Assembly (NCBI GenBank): GCA_963718235.1
Contig: CAVQYR010000002.1
Location: 544,001-608,000, forward strand
Reading direction: 5' to 3'
From: an uncultured Actinomycetota bacterium
GTDB lineage: Bacteria; Actinomycetota; Actinomycetes; JAHEKZ01
Length of the DNA: 64,000 nt
Positions 46,920 to 55,946 of the stretch are shown here, in pieces; position 1 is the first letter of the stretch, and every line of letters begins with the position of its first letter. The position numbers and the translations under genes are program-made. The notes under the pieces were generated by a model. That model made no database searches and was not told the origin of the DNA. It saw nothing but the letters and a program-made list of their open reading frames with translations.

Positions 46920-48383
46920 ATGAGTGACCAGCCCCGCGTCCACCTGCCGACCGACGAGGTCGTCGCCGTCCCGCTCGCCGGAGCGGCGTTCGTCGGATCG
47001 AGCGCGAGCGAGGTGCGCTCGCCGTTCGACGGGTCGCTGCTCGGCCGGGTCCCGGTCGGGTCCGACGGCGATGTCGACCGGGCCGTGGCCGCTGCCCGCA
47101 CGGCGCTGAGCGAGGAGCCCCTGGCGCCCTGGCAGCGTGCGGCCGTCCTCGACAAGGCGGCCGAGCTCCTGCGCGAGCGCAAGGAGTACTTCGCCCAGAT
47201 CATCGCCCGCGAGGCCGCGAAGCCGATCAGGACCGCGCGCGTGGAGGCCGAGCGGGCCGCCGGCACCTTCACGTTCGCAGCCGTCGAGGCGCGCACCCTG
47301 GTCGGGGAGGTCGTCCCCCTGGAGGCGGCCCCCGGAGCAGACGGCAAGCTCGCCTTCACCCTGCGGGTGCCGATCGGGGTCGTCGGCGCGATCAGCCCGT
47401 TCAACTTCCCGCTCAACCTGGTGGCCCACAAGCTCGCGCCGGCCATCGCCGCCGGTGACCCGGTCGTCCTCAAGCCAGCCGGACAGACGCCGTTCAGTGC
47501 GATCGCCCTGGCCTGGATGCTGATCGAGGAGTGCGGACTCCCGGCGTCCTACCTGTCGGTCATCACCGGCCCCGGTTCGGTCGTGGGCAACGCCATCGTC
47601 GACCACCCCGACATCGCGCTGATCACCTTCACCGGCTCGCCGGAGGTCGGCTGGGGGATCAAGTCACGCGCTCCGCGCAAGCACGTCGGACTCGAGCTCG
47701 GCAACAACGCCCCCGTCGTGATCGCTGAGGACGGCGACTGGAAGAAGGCGGCCGACAAGATCAAGATCGCCGGCTTCTCCCACGCCGGGCAGTCGTGCAT
47801 CTCCACCCAGCGGGTCCTGGTGCACCGCAGTGTCGCGACGCAGTTCACCGACTACCTCGGTGGACTGGTCGGGTCGCTGGTGGTCGGTGACCCGATGGAC
47901 GAGGCGACCGACGTCTCGGCGCTGATCTCCCAGAACGAGCGGGACCGGGTCAAGGGCTGGGTCGACGACGCGGTGCAGCAGGGGGGGCGGATCGTCGCGG
48001 GCGGCACCATCGACGACCACGGGGTCCTGGTTCCCACGGTCATCGCGGACGCCAAGCCGGACATGCTCGTGTGCCTGAAGGAGGTCTTCGGCCCGGTCGT
48101 GACGATCCAGGCGATCGACTCCTTCCAGGAGGGCCTGGAGCTCGCCAACGACACGGCCTACGGGCTGCAGGCCGCGGTGTTCACCCGTGACGTGTCGACC
48201 GCCTTCGAGGCGGTGCGCACGCTCGACTTCGGCGGGGTCCTGGTCAACGAGGTCCCGACCTGGCGGGCCGACCAGATGCCCTACGGCGGCATCCGTGACT
48301 CGGGCAACACCCGTGAGGGTCCGGCCTACTCGATCCGGGAGATGACCGAGACCAGGCTGGTCATCATCGACACCACCGCGTAG
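46920..48383 (+). CDS. Aldehyde dehydrogenase family protein
   Basis: ISPFNFPLNL, FTGSPEVG, LELGNN, GQSCIS and EVFGPV. Confidence 0.95.
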   Translation: MSDQPRVHLPTDEVVAVPLAGAAFVGSSASEVRSPFDGSLLGRVPVGSDGDVDRAVAAARTALSEEPLAPWQRAAVLDKAAELLRERKEYFAQIIAREAAKPIRTARVEAERAAGTFTFAAVEARTLVGEVVPLEAAPGADGKLAFTLRVPIGVVGAISPFNFPLNLVAHKLAPAIAAGDPVVLKPAGQTPFSAIALAWMLIEECGLPASYLSVITGPGSVVGNAIVDHPDIALITFTGSPEVGWGIKSRAPRKHVGLELGNNAPVVIAEDGDWKKAADKIKIAGFSHAGQSCISTQRVLVHRSVATQFTDYLGGLVGSLVVGDPMDEATDVSALISQNERDRVKGWVDDAVQQGGRIVAGGTIDDHGVLVPTVIADAKPDMLVCLKEVFGPVVTIQAIDSFQEGLELANDTAYGLQAAVFTRDVSTAFEAVRTLDFGGVLVNEVPTWRADQMPYGGIRDSGNTREGPAYSIREMTETRLVIIDTTA

Positions 48384-48405
48384 CTCGACCGGCGGCCTCG
48401 TCCGG

Positions 48406-49641
48406 TCAGCTCGCGGGCACCGATGTGGTCAGGAAGTCCCTCAGGGCCGCGTCGTAGCGGGACGGGTCGATGTTCCACGAGGCGACGTGGTCCGCGCCCT
48501 CGGTCAGGACCAGGGTCACCAGCTCCGGTTCGGCCCCGGCAAGCTGCTCGCTCGTGGTCGGCGGGACCGTGCCGTCATCGGCGCCCTGGAACACCAGCGT
48601 GGGCTGGGTCACCCATGAGGTGTCGTCGAGGTAGTCGGCGTCGTACCAGTCGGTCCCGAAGCGAAGCCGCGAGATCTGCAGCGCGCTCCAGGTGAGCGCG
48701 TCGGGGATCGGCAGGCCGACGACGGGCAGGCTGCGCTGGTCCGCACCGTGGTACACCGTCTGCTTGACGTCGAGCATCGGAGAGTCCAGGACCACTGCCG
48801 CCACGTTGACGGCCAGCGGGCTGTTCTCCAGGAATGCGGCCGTGAGGGCGCCACCCAGGCTGTAGCCGAAGAGGACGACATCAGAGGCGCCCTGGTCGAG
48901 GGCGTACTGGACGGAGGCCTCGAGGTCACGCCACTCGGTGACTCCGTAGGCGTACTGCTCGCCGTCGGACGTGAACACGCCGGTGTCGTTGCGGTAGGTG
49001 ACGAGCAGGGCGTCCATGCCGTTGTGCGTGACGGTGATCAGTGACCGCAGCGGCTCGGCCCGAGTGCCGCCCTTGCCGTGCACCATGACCGCCCAGGTGT
49101 CGCCGGCGGAGCCCCCGCCGTGGGCCAGCGCGGGGACCTCCCAGGCCGGCAGGGGGCCGTCCGGGGCCTCGACCACGACGTCGCGGTAGCTGAGTCCGAT
49201 GTCCTTGGGGGTCTCCCAGACCTCGCGGTAGAGGTCGGCCGCACCTTCGACACTGGAGCTGGTTGCTGTCGGCACGGGCGTGGCGTCGGCGTTCCAGAAC
49301 TGCTCGCCGTCGTTGGCTGCGACCTGGCGGACGACCCACTCGTCACCGACCTGCACGACCGCGGTGACGACGATCCGCTCACCCTTCGGGCTGCGTGCCC
49401 CGTAGACGGCGTCTGTGGTGAGGACCTCCGGCAACGGGTCGGACGCGGTGCCCTCGATCCGGACGTTGCCCTGCCCGACCGGGTTCACCTGCAGCTCGTA
49501 GGTGGTGGCTCTGTCGCTCGCATCGAGCAGGTCACGGTCGATCTGCCCGGAGAAGTACCAACCGCCCCCGACGAAGAACACGACGGCAAGGACGAGCGCG
49601 ACCGTCAGGATGGTCCACAGCAGGCGCCGGAAGAGCTTCAC
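48406..49641 (-). CDS. Membrane-anchored or secreted alpha/beta hydrolase
   Basis: N-terminal TM, VHGKGG, YRND, GYSLGG, DGTVP and HVASWN. Confidence 0.85.
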   Translation of the reverse strand: MKLFRRLLWTILTVALVLAVVFFVGGGWYFSGQIDRDLLDASDRATTYELQVNPVGQGNVRIEGTASDPLPEVLTTDAVYGARSPKGERIVVTAVVQVGDEWVVRQVAANDGEQFWNADATPVPTATSSSVEGAADLYREVWETPKDIGLSYRDVVVEAPDGPLPAWEVPALAHGGGSAGDTWAVMVHGKGGTRAEPLRSLITVTHNGMDALLVTYRNDTGVFTSDGEQYAYGVTEWRDLEASVQYALDQGASDVVLFGYSLGGALTAAFLENSPLAVNVAAVVLDSPMLDVKQTVYHGADQRSLPVVGLPIPDALTWSALQISRLRFGTDWYDADYLDDTSWVTQPTLVFQGADDGTVPPTTSEQLAGAEPELVTLVLTEGADHVASWNIDPSRYDAALRDFLTTSVPAS

Positions 49642-49682
49642 GCCTTCATCTCATCGAAGGCCGAAGCATCGCGGTAGGGCCG

Positions 49683-50564
49683 CTAGTCCACTGGCACGCC
49701 GATCCGCTGGTAGGCGAGCGTGACCGCCATCGAGCGGGGTCCCAGGACAGCCTGCAGCGCGCGTAGCATCGTCGTGCATGCGGCGGCATCCGCGGCCCGC
49801 ACCACCGATGGTCGGTCCGACATCCCCAGGAGCCGGGGTGCCCACGGCGGCAGCAGGTCGGACGCCGCCCGGGCCAGCACGACGTAGCCGGGCATCGCGG
49901 GGGCCGGGAGCGCCGGGTGGGGCCACTGCAGGAACCGGGCCACCTCGCGGGCCTGCGGGCCGCCGGCGACCTCGCCGCGGAAACCGTCCAGGGCCTCCTT
50001 GAGCGCGGCTTCGCTGCGCGGCGGGTCGAGGACCCCCACGGCCCGCCCGGTCACCGCCATCTCGGCCACGTAGGCATCGGCGTCGATGGCGCGCCGGTGG
50101 TAGCGCTGCGCTGCGACGAGCATCGAGTCGGTGAGAGCCAGGTGGACCCATAGCAGGAGCCGCGGGTCGGTCGCCGCGTAGGGCCGGCCGTCGGGCGCGG
50201 TTCCCACGACCCGCTGGTGAACCTGCCGGACTGCCGCAGTGACCGCCTCCGCCTGGCCGGTCGACCCGAACGTGGTCGTCGTGACGAACTGGTTGGTGCG
50301 CTGCAACCGCCCCAGCGGGTCAGTGCGGTACGACGAGTGCTGCTCGACCCCGGCCAGAGCCAGCGGGTGACAGGTCTGCAGCATCAACGCGCGAACGCCG
50401 CCGACCAGGGTCGCCAACGAGCTGTGCACCTCCCAGACCGCGCTGCCGGGACCGAACCATCCCTCGTCACCGGGTTGGCCGAGGGCCCGGACCCACGGGG
50501 GCTGGCCCTCCTCGTCGCCGGAGAGGATCCGTCGGAAGGTGCGGCGGACCGCCTCGGTGGTCAT
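49683..50564 (-). CDS. Oxygenase MpaB family (DUF2236)
   Basis: GWFGPGSAVWEVH, LQTCHP, RLQRT, VHQRV and LLLWVH. Confidence 0.9.
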   Translation of the reverse strand: MTTEAVRRTFRRILSGDEEGQPPWVRALGQPGDEGWFGPGSAVWEVHSSLATLVGGVRALMLQTCHPLALAGVEQHSSYRTDPLGRLQRTNQFVTTTTFGSTGQAEAVTAAVRQVHQRVVGTAPDGRPYAATDPRLLLWVHLALTDSMLVAAQRYHRRAIDADAYVAEMAVTGRAVGVLDPPRSEAALKEALDGFRGEVAGGPQAREVARFLQWPHPALPAPAMPGYVVLARAASDLLPPWAPRLLGMSDRPSVVRAADAAACTTMLRALQAVLGPRSMAVTLAYQRIGVPVD

Positions 50565-50620
50565 CGCACCATCTTCTCCCGGTGGTCGGGTGCGCGCTCG
50601 GCGACGGATACGGTCGGCAG

Positions 50621-51352
50621 GTGTCCGGACGTGAGGGGTCGCCGCCGCTGCCGGGGTGGGCGGCCTGGACGCTCGTCCTGGTCGTGGCACTGGTCGCCAA
50701 CCTGATGAACAACGAGGGCGCCCCTCAGCTGTACCTGGTCACGAGCGTGGTCGCGACCGCTGCACTGGTCTCGATCGCCCGGGCCACCGGACTGTCGTGG
50801 CGTGACCTCGGGCTCGCCCGTGACACCTGGCGGGTGGGGCTGGTCTGGGCGGCCGCGGTGATCGCCTTCGTCGCCACGGTGTACGCGGTCGGTGCCCTGC
50901 TCCCGCTCACCCGCGGGCTCTTCGAGGACGACCGGGTCCAGGTGGACAGCGGGTGGGAGCTCGTGTGGCAGTCGTTCGTCCGGATCCCGTTCGGGACCGT
51001 GATGCTCGAGGAGGTGCTCTTCCGCGGGGTGATCCTCGCGCTGGCCGCCCGCACGATGGGATGGCTGCGGGCCTCGCTGCTGTCCAGCCTGCTGTTCGGT
51101 CTCTGGCACATCCTCCCGGCCCAGGCGGCGGCCGGCGCGAACCCCACGGTGGAGGCCGTCGCCGAGGTCGGGAGCTCGACGTTCGGCTTGGTGCTCGCCG
51201 TCGGCGGCTCGGTGCTCGGGACCGCTCTGGCCGGCCTGGTGTTCTGCTGGCTGCGGGTGCGGTCGGGCAGCCTGTTCGCGTCGATGGGACTGCACTGGGC
51301 CACCAACGGGCTGGGCTACCTGATGGCGACGCTGGTCCGCGGCGGGTGGTGA
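50621..51352 (+). CDS. CPBP (CAAX/Abi) intramembrane metalloprotease
   Basis: EEVLFRG, LFGLWH and HWATN. Confidence 0.9.
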   Translation: MSGREGSPPLPGWAAWTLVLVVALVANLMNNEGAPQLYLVTSVVATAALVSIARATGLSWRDLGLARDTWRVGLVWAAAVIAFVATVYAVGALLPLTRGLFEDDRVQVDSGWELVWQSFVRIPFGTVMLEEVLFRGVILALAARTMGWLRASLLSSLLFGLWHILPAQAAAGANPTVEAVAEVGSSTFGLVLAVGGSVLGTALAGLVFCWLRVRSGSLFASMGLHWATNGLGYLMATLVRGGW

Positions 51353-52497
51353 GCGACGGCGGCCACCCGCTCCACCAGGGCGGCCAGTCGATCCTGCGAC
51401 GTGGCGAAGTTCAGCCGGACGTGGCCATGGCCACCGGAGCCGAAGGCCTCGCCGGCCGACAGGCGCACCTTGGCGGTGTCCAGCAGCCACTCGGCCGTGG
51501 TCGTGCCAGGAGGCGTCGGCAGTGCGGAGGTGTCGAGCCACGCCAGGTACGTCGCCTCGGGGACGTGGTACCCCACGTCGGGCAGGTGGGTCGCCAGCAG
51601 CTCGGCCAGCAGGCTGCGGTTTCGGTCGAGCACCCGTTCGACCTCGGCCAGCCAGGGGCGCCCCTCGACCAGGGCAGCGGTGGTGGCGTGCACCCCGAGT
51701 GGGCTGCCGCCGAAGAACGCGGTCTCCGGCAGCGACTTCAGCCGCCGTGCCATGGCCGGGGACCCGGCGACCGCCACCGCGCACTTCAGGCCAGGGATGT
51801 TCCATGCCTTGCTCGCGCTGGTGACGGTCAGGGTGCGGGCCGCGATCGCCGGGTCCAGAGACGCGATCGGAACGTGCGTCCGCCCACCCGGGTGTACGAG
51901 CGGCGAGTGGATCTCGTCGGACACCAACCACGCGTCGTACTCCACCACCAGACGGCCGAGACGGAGCAGCTCGTCGGCCGCGAAGACCCGCCCGGTCGGG
52001 TTGTGCGGGTTGCTCAGCAGCACCAGCTGGGCTCCGCCGGCCAAGCCGGCCTCGACCGCGTCGAGGTCGAGGACGAAGCCACCAGCGGTCTCGAGCAACG
52101 GCGCGTCGACCAGTCGGCGTCCCTTCTCCGCGATCGACTCGAGGAACGGGTGGTAGATCGGTGTCGTCGTGAGCACGCCCTCGCCCCCCGCACTCCACAG
52201 CTCGATCGCGAGGTCGACCCCTCGCATGACGTCGGGAAGCAGGACGACCGCCCCGGGGTCGAACGACCAGTGGTACTCCGTGGAGTACCACTGGGACCAG
52301 GCCTCAGCGAGCCGGGTGTCGGTGATCAGTGGGGCATAGCCCAGGTCGCTGCGTTGGACCGCGTCGACGACCGCTCGGCGTACCGGCTCGGCGACGGCGA
52401 AGTCCATCTCGGCGACCCAGGCGGCGATCTCGTCGGGACCGGCCACGGACCACTTGATGCTGAGATGCGCCGGGTGGGGCGGGACGAGCTCGATCAC
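51316..52497 (-). CDS. MalY/PatB cystathionine beta-lyase-like PLP enzyme
   Basis: WVAEMDF, NPHNPTG, SDEIH, SASKAWNIPGLK and RLNFAT. Confidence 0.92.
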   Translation of the reverse strand: MIELVPPHPAHLSIKWSVAGPDEIAAWVAEMDFAVAEPVRRAVVDAVQRSDLGYAPLITDTRLAEAWSQWYSTEYHWSFDPGAVVLLPDVMRGVDLAIELWSAGGEGVLTTTPIYHPFLESIAEKGRRLVDAPLLETAGGFVLDLDAVEAGLAGGAQLVLLSNPHNPTGRVFAADELLRLGRLVVEYDAWLVSDEIHSPLVHPGGRTHVPIASLDPAIAARTLTVTSASKAWNIPGLKCAVAVAGSPAMARRLKSLPETAFFGGSPLGVHATTAALVEGRPWLAEVERVLDRNRSLLAELLATHLPDVGYHVPEATYLAWLDTSALPTPPGTTTAEWLLDTAKVRLSAGEAFGSGGHGHVRLNFATSQDRLAALVERVAAVAHHPPRTSVAIR

Positions 52498-52507
52498 AGC
52501 GGTCTCC

Positions 52508-53386
52508 TCAGGGCGTTCGGCTTTGGCGCAGGTCGGGCAACACGGTGCGGGCCAGGTGGTCGATCCGGTCCCACTGCGGCCTCGGCGGCGGGTACAGGAC
52601 GAACTCGGTGAAGCCCAGGGGGACGAACCGCTCCACGACGCTCTTCAGCGTCGCGTCGTCGCTCCAGACGTCGACCGCGTCGTCGAGCAGGAGCAGCGAG
52701 CGGGTCAGCGTCTTCGGGTCGCGGCCGGTGTCGGCCAGGTGTGCGTCGAGCGTGTCGACCCGAGCGGCAGTCGCCTCGAAGAAGGAGTCGACGTCGGTGT
52801 CCACGTAGGTGTTCCAGGTGTCGGCGTGGTCGGCCGCCAGGCGGATCACCCGGGGCCCGTTCCCCGCGATCAGCAGCGGCGGTCGGGGTTGCTGGACCGA
52901 ACCGGGTGCCATGGCGGCGGTGTCGTAGCGGGTGAAGCGTCCGTGGAACGGGGAGCAGTCGCCGCGCAGCAGCCGGTCGATGACCGCGGTTCCCTCGGCC
53001 AGGCGGTCAACCCGCTCGCGAGGCGACATGCCCAGCACCTCCGGTCCGGCCATCGCCTGGTCGGGCACCTCCCCGCAGCCCAGCCCGAGGGTGAACCGAC
53101 CGCCACAGAGCCGGTCGACGCTCATCGCGAAGCGCGCGACGAGCACCGGGTCGCGCCAGGCGAGGTTGGTGATCAGCATCCCCAGCCGGATCCGCTGACT
53201 GACCACCGCGTGCGCGCCGAGCGCGACCCAGGCGTCGAGCAGCGGCTCGCTGGGTCGGCGCCAGTCCCCGAGGGTGTCCCCGGCCCAGGCCGTGTCGAAC
53301 CCGAGGTCCTCGAGTCGTCGCAGGAGGTCGATGCCGTGTGAGGGGTCGGAGGGCAGCACGTAGGCGCCGAAGCTGAGCGCACTCAT
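52508..53386 (-). CDS. LLM-class flavin-dependent oxidoreductase
   Basis: GFDTAWAGD, GRFTLGLG and QPRPPLLIAG. Confidence 0.85.
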   Translation of the reverse strand: MSALSFGAYVLPSDPSHGIDLLRRLEDLGFDTAWAGDTLGDWRRPSEPLLDAWVALGAHAVVSQRIRLGMLITNLAWRDPVLVARFAMSVDRLCGGRFTLGLGCGEVPDQAMAGPEVLGMSPRERVDRLAEGTAVIDRLLRGDCSPFHGRFTRYDTAAMAPGSVQQPRPPLLIAGNGPRVIRLAADHADTWNTYVDTDVDSFFEATAARVDTLDAHLADTGRDPKTLTRSLLLLDDAVDVWSDDATLKSVVERFVPLGFTEFVLYPPPRPQWDRIDHLARTVLPDLRQSRTP

Positions 53387-53437
53387 GACGGCATGCTGTC
53401 ACGACCCCCCTGGAGTCGGTGCGTCACACTGGCAGGC

Positions 53438-54412
53438 ATGACACGCCGCATCCGTTCGCGCGCTGCGCGGCTCGCAGTCCTGTTGGCCGTCGCCGTTGCG
53501 CTGGCGGCGTGCGGACACTCCGCCGATGCTCCGTCGGGCGTCGCTCCGCTGCGCCCGGAGTCAGGCAAGCGAGCGGTCGTGTCGCGGCTGGCGGTCGTCG
53601 GCGACATCGCCTGCGACCCGGCGAGCCCCTACTACGACCGGGGCCGGGGCGACCGTCAGCACTGCCGGCAGCGAGCGGTGGGGCAGCTGGTCCAGCGGCT
53701 CGACCCGGATGCCGTGATCACCACGGGGGACAACCAGTACGAGGTCGGCGGGCTGCGCGCCTACCGCACGTCGTACGACGCAGCCTTCGGTCACCTGCTG
53801 CCGGTCACGTGGCCAGTCGCCGGCAACCACGAGTACGGCACCACTGGAGCGACCGGCTACTTCCGTTACTTCGCGGCGCGTGCCGGTACGCCTGACCGGC
53901 CGTGGCGGTGGTACGCGCCGGCCGACGGTTGGCGGATCGCGCTGCTCGACTCGAACTGCCCCGACGTCGGTGGGTGCGGCGCCACGTCCGCGCAGGGCCG
54001 GTGGCTGCGACGGCGCCTGGCCCTGGACCCGACCCGATGCACGATCGCTGCCTGGCACCACCCACTCCACACCGCCGGTGAGTACCGGCACAGCGCCGCC
54101 ACCAAGGCGCTGGCCCGACCGCTGTGGAGGGCGTCTGCGCGCGGTGGCGTCGACCTCGTGGTGAATGGCCACGACCACAGCTACCAGCGCTTCGGCGCGG
54201 TCGACGGCATGGTCGAGTTCGTCAGCGGCGCCGGTGGCAAGAGCCACTACCCGCTCGGCCAGGCCCGGGGCCTGCGGGCCGGCAACGACACCGACTTTGG
54301 CGTGCTGCTGCTGACCCTCTTGTCCGACGGCACCTACCGCCATGCCTTCGTCACAGTCGACGGAGCACGGCAGGACGTCGGACGCGGCAGCTGTGCCAAC
54401 CTTCCGCGCTGA
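53438..54412 (+). CDS. Metallophosphoesterase lipoprotein
   Basis: LAAC lipobox; GDIAC, GDNQY, GNHEY, WHHP and NGHDHSY. Confidence 0.9.
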   Translation: MTRRIRSRAARLAVLLAVAVALAACGHSADAPSGVAPLRPESGKRAVVSRLAVVGDIACDPASPYYDRGRGDRQHCRQRAVGQLVQRLDPDAVITTGDNQYEVGGLRAYRTSYDAAFGHLLPVTWPVAGNHEYGTTGATGYFRYFAARAGTPDRPWRWYAPADGWRIALLDSNCPDVGGCGATSAQGRWLRRRLALDPTRCTIAAWHHPLHTAGEYRHSAATKALARPLWRASARGGVDLVVNGHDHSYQRFGAVDGMVEFVSGAGGKSHYPLGQARGLRAGNDTDFGVLLLTLLSDGTYRHAFVTVDGARQDVGRGSCANLPR

Positions 54413-54441
54413 GGTCGACGGATCCGACTGGAACCCTTTGA

Positions 54442-55080
54442 TCAGGCCAGGTCGACGGTCAGCTCACACTCGGTGGCGGCCACGACCTCGTCGATGCTGA
54501 CGCCAGGCGCCGTCTCACGCAGAACCAGGCGCTCGGGGAGGACGTCGATGACCGCCAAGTCGGTGATGATCCGGTTGACCACCGACTTGCCGGTCAGCGG
54601 CAGCGAGCACTCGTTGACGATCTTCGCGGAGCCGTCCTTGGCCGTGTGCTCCATCATCACGATGACCCGCTTGCTTCCGTGAACGAGGTCCATGGCCCCG
54701 CCCATCCCCTTGACCATCTTCCCGGGGATCATCCAGTTCGCGAGGTCGCCGTCTCGGGACACCTGCATCGCGCCGAGGACGGCGACGTCGATGTGCCCGC
54801 CCCGGATCATCGCGAAGCTCGTGGCCGAGTCGAAGAACGACGCCCCGGGCTTCACCGTGACCGTCTCCTTGCCGGCATTGATCAGGTCGGGGTCGACGTG
54901 CGCCTCGTCGGGGTAGGGGCCGGTACCGAGAATGCCGTTCTCCGACTGGAGGGCGACCGTGACGCCGGCGGGCAGGTACTGCGGGACCAGGGTCGGCAGT
55001 CCGATTCCGAGGTTGACGTACTCGCCGTCGCGCATCTCCTGGGCCACGCGCGCGGCCAGCTCGTTGCGGGTGAGCGCCAT
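54442..55080 (-). CDS. scoB: Succinyl-CoA:3-oxoacid CoA-transferase subunit B
   Basis: [15 protein letters not shown] and KGMGGAMDL. Confidence 0.93.
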   Translation of the reverse strand: MALTRNELAARVAQEMRDGEYVNLGIGLPTLVPQYLPAGVTVALQSENGILGTGPYPDEAHVDPDLINAGKETVTVKPGASFFDSATSFAMIRGGHIDVAVLGAMQVSRDGDLANWMIPGKMVKGMGGAMDLVHGSKRVIVMMEHTAKDGSAKIVNECSLPLTGKSVVNRIITDLAVIDVLPERLVLRETAPGVSIDEVVAATECELTVDLA

Positions 55081-55853
55081 CAGGATGCTCCTCCGGTCGG
55101 CTCGGACACGGTTCGTCGCTCGATCCTCTTGTCGGCGGCCTGCTCGGGGGTGAGCTCGACGACCCGCTGGACGAAGACCCCGGGCGTGTGCACGGTCTGC
55201 GGGTCGATCTCGCCGGGCTCGACGAGCCGCTCGACCTCGGCGATGGTCACGCGTCCGGCCATGGCCGCCAACGGGTTGAAGTTCTGCGTCGACCGGTCGA
55301 AGACCAGGTTCCCGTGCCGGTCGCCCACCGAGGCGCGGACCAGTGCGAAGTCCGTGACGATCCCCCGCTCGAGCACGTAGGGGACGCCGTCGAACTCACG
55401 GGTCTCCTTCGGGGGTGACGAGAGTGCGACTCCGCCGGAGCCGTCGTAGCGCCACGGCATGCCGCCCTCGCTGACCTGGGTTCCGTAGCCCGCAGGGGTG
55501 TAGAACGCCGGGATGCCCGAACCGCCGGCCCGCAGCCGCTCGGCCAGGCTGCCCTGGGGGATGAGCTCGACCTCGAGCTCGCCGGACAGGAACTGGCGCT
55601 CGAACTCCTTGTTCTCACCGACGTAGGACGACGTCATCCGCGCGATGCGGTGCGCGGCCAGCAGCACGCCGAGGCCCCACCCGTCGACGCCGCAGTTGTT
55701 GGAGACGACCCGCAGCCCCGAGGCGCCCTGCTCGAGCAGCGCCTGGGTCAAGACGCTGGGGATCCCGCACAGCCCGAACCCGCCGACCGCGAGGCTCGCT
55801 CCGTCGCCGATGTCTGCGACGGCCTCGGCCGCCGACCTCATCACCTTGTCCAC
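55080..55853 (-). CDS. scoA: Succinyl-CoA:3-oxoacid CoA-transferase subunit A
   Basis: [26 protein letters not shown] and NFNP. Confidence 0.93.
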   Translation of the reverse strand: MDKVMRSAAEAVADIGDGASLAVGGFGLCGIPSVLTQALLEQGASGLRVVSNNCGVDGWGLGVLLAAHRIARMTSSYVGENKEFERQFLSGELEVELIPQGSLAERLRAGGSGIPAFYTPAGYGTQVSEGGMPWRYDGSGGVALSSPPKETREFDGVPYVLERGIVTDFALVRASVGDRHGNLVFDRSTQNFNPLAAMAGRVTIAEVERLVEPGEIDPQTVHTPGVFVQRVVELTPEQAADKRIERRTVSEPTGGAS

Positions 55854-55946
55854 AGGATCCTCACTGGGGGTCGTCCGTCACCGTGACTTGGGGCTGGACC
55901 CTACCGTCCCACCGCCGACCGTCCTCGAGCGAGCATGGCCCACTGC

